Shown in pieces: positions 63,901 to 64,000 of a DNA stretch of 64,000 nucleotides. The position numbers were made by a program, and so were the translations under genes. Under the pieces are notes generated by a model. It was not told where the DNA came from and did not search any database. It saw nothing but the letters and a program-made list of their open reading frames with translations. This stretch comes from Hemiscyllium ocellatum (Eukaryota), in NCBI RefSeq assembly GCF_020745735.1, contig NC_083442.1, forward strand, positions 33,142,072-33,206,071. Reading direction: 5' to 3'. Each line of letters starts with the position of its first letter. Position 1 is the stretch's first letter.

Positions 63901-64000
63901 CCTTCTGGTTTTGAGTAACTGGTCACCCAGGAAGCCCAATGCATGACGAAACACTGATATAGAGTTCAGATTTGAATGCGGTTAGTTATAGTTTTAGTAA

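Overview
Vertebrate genomic DNA, almost certainly a shark (HE1-type V-SINEs, shark-type CR1, Deu-domain SINE and Penelope-like repeats), with two N gaps at about 42.6-43.5 kb. It contains two protein-coding genes arranged head-to-head around a CpG-island promoter at about 54.5-55.1 kb. TTLL13 (tubulin polyglutamylase, TTLL6/13 group) is on the minus strand: I reconstructed 13 well-supported exons and 3 tentative ones, all with GT-AG boundaries and matching phases, from about 54.7 kb down to about 0.27 kb. The 3' end is unresolved at the window edge. GDPGP1 (GDP-D-glucose phosphorylase, intronless CDS) is on the plus strand at 55132-56292. The shared promoter has eight co-oriented CCAAT boxes at 24-32 bp spacing and several RFX X-box-like sites. 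The introns hold CR1/L2, Tx1, Gypsy and SINE remnants. The most notable signal is a dense population of Penelope-like element (PLE) 3' ends from two families. These carry minimal hammerhead-ribozyme cores (CUGAnGA-N-stemII-GAAACGUC) and often occur as fold-back insertions with 13-18 bp target-site duplications (TSDs) and a 30-38 nt unpaired tail. Two intact cores lie on the TTLL13 pre-mRNA strand. All calls were made by eye; no database searches were run.
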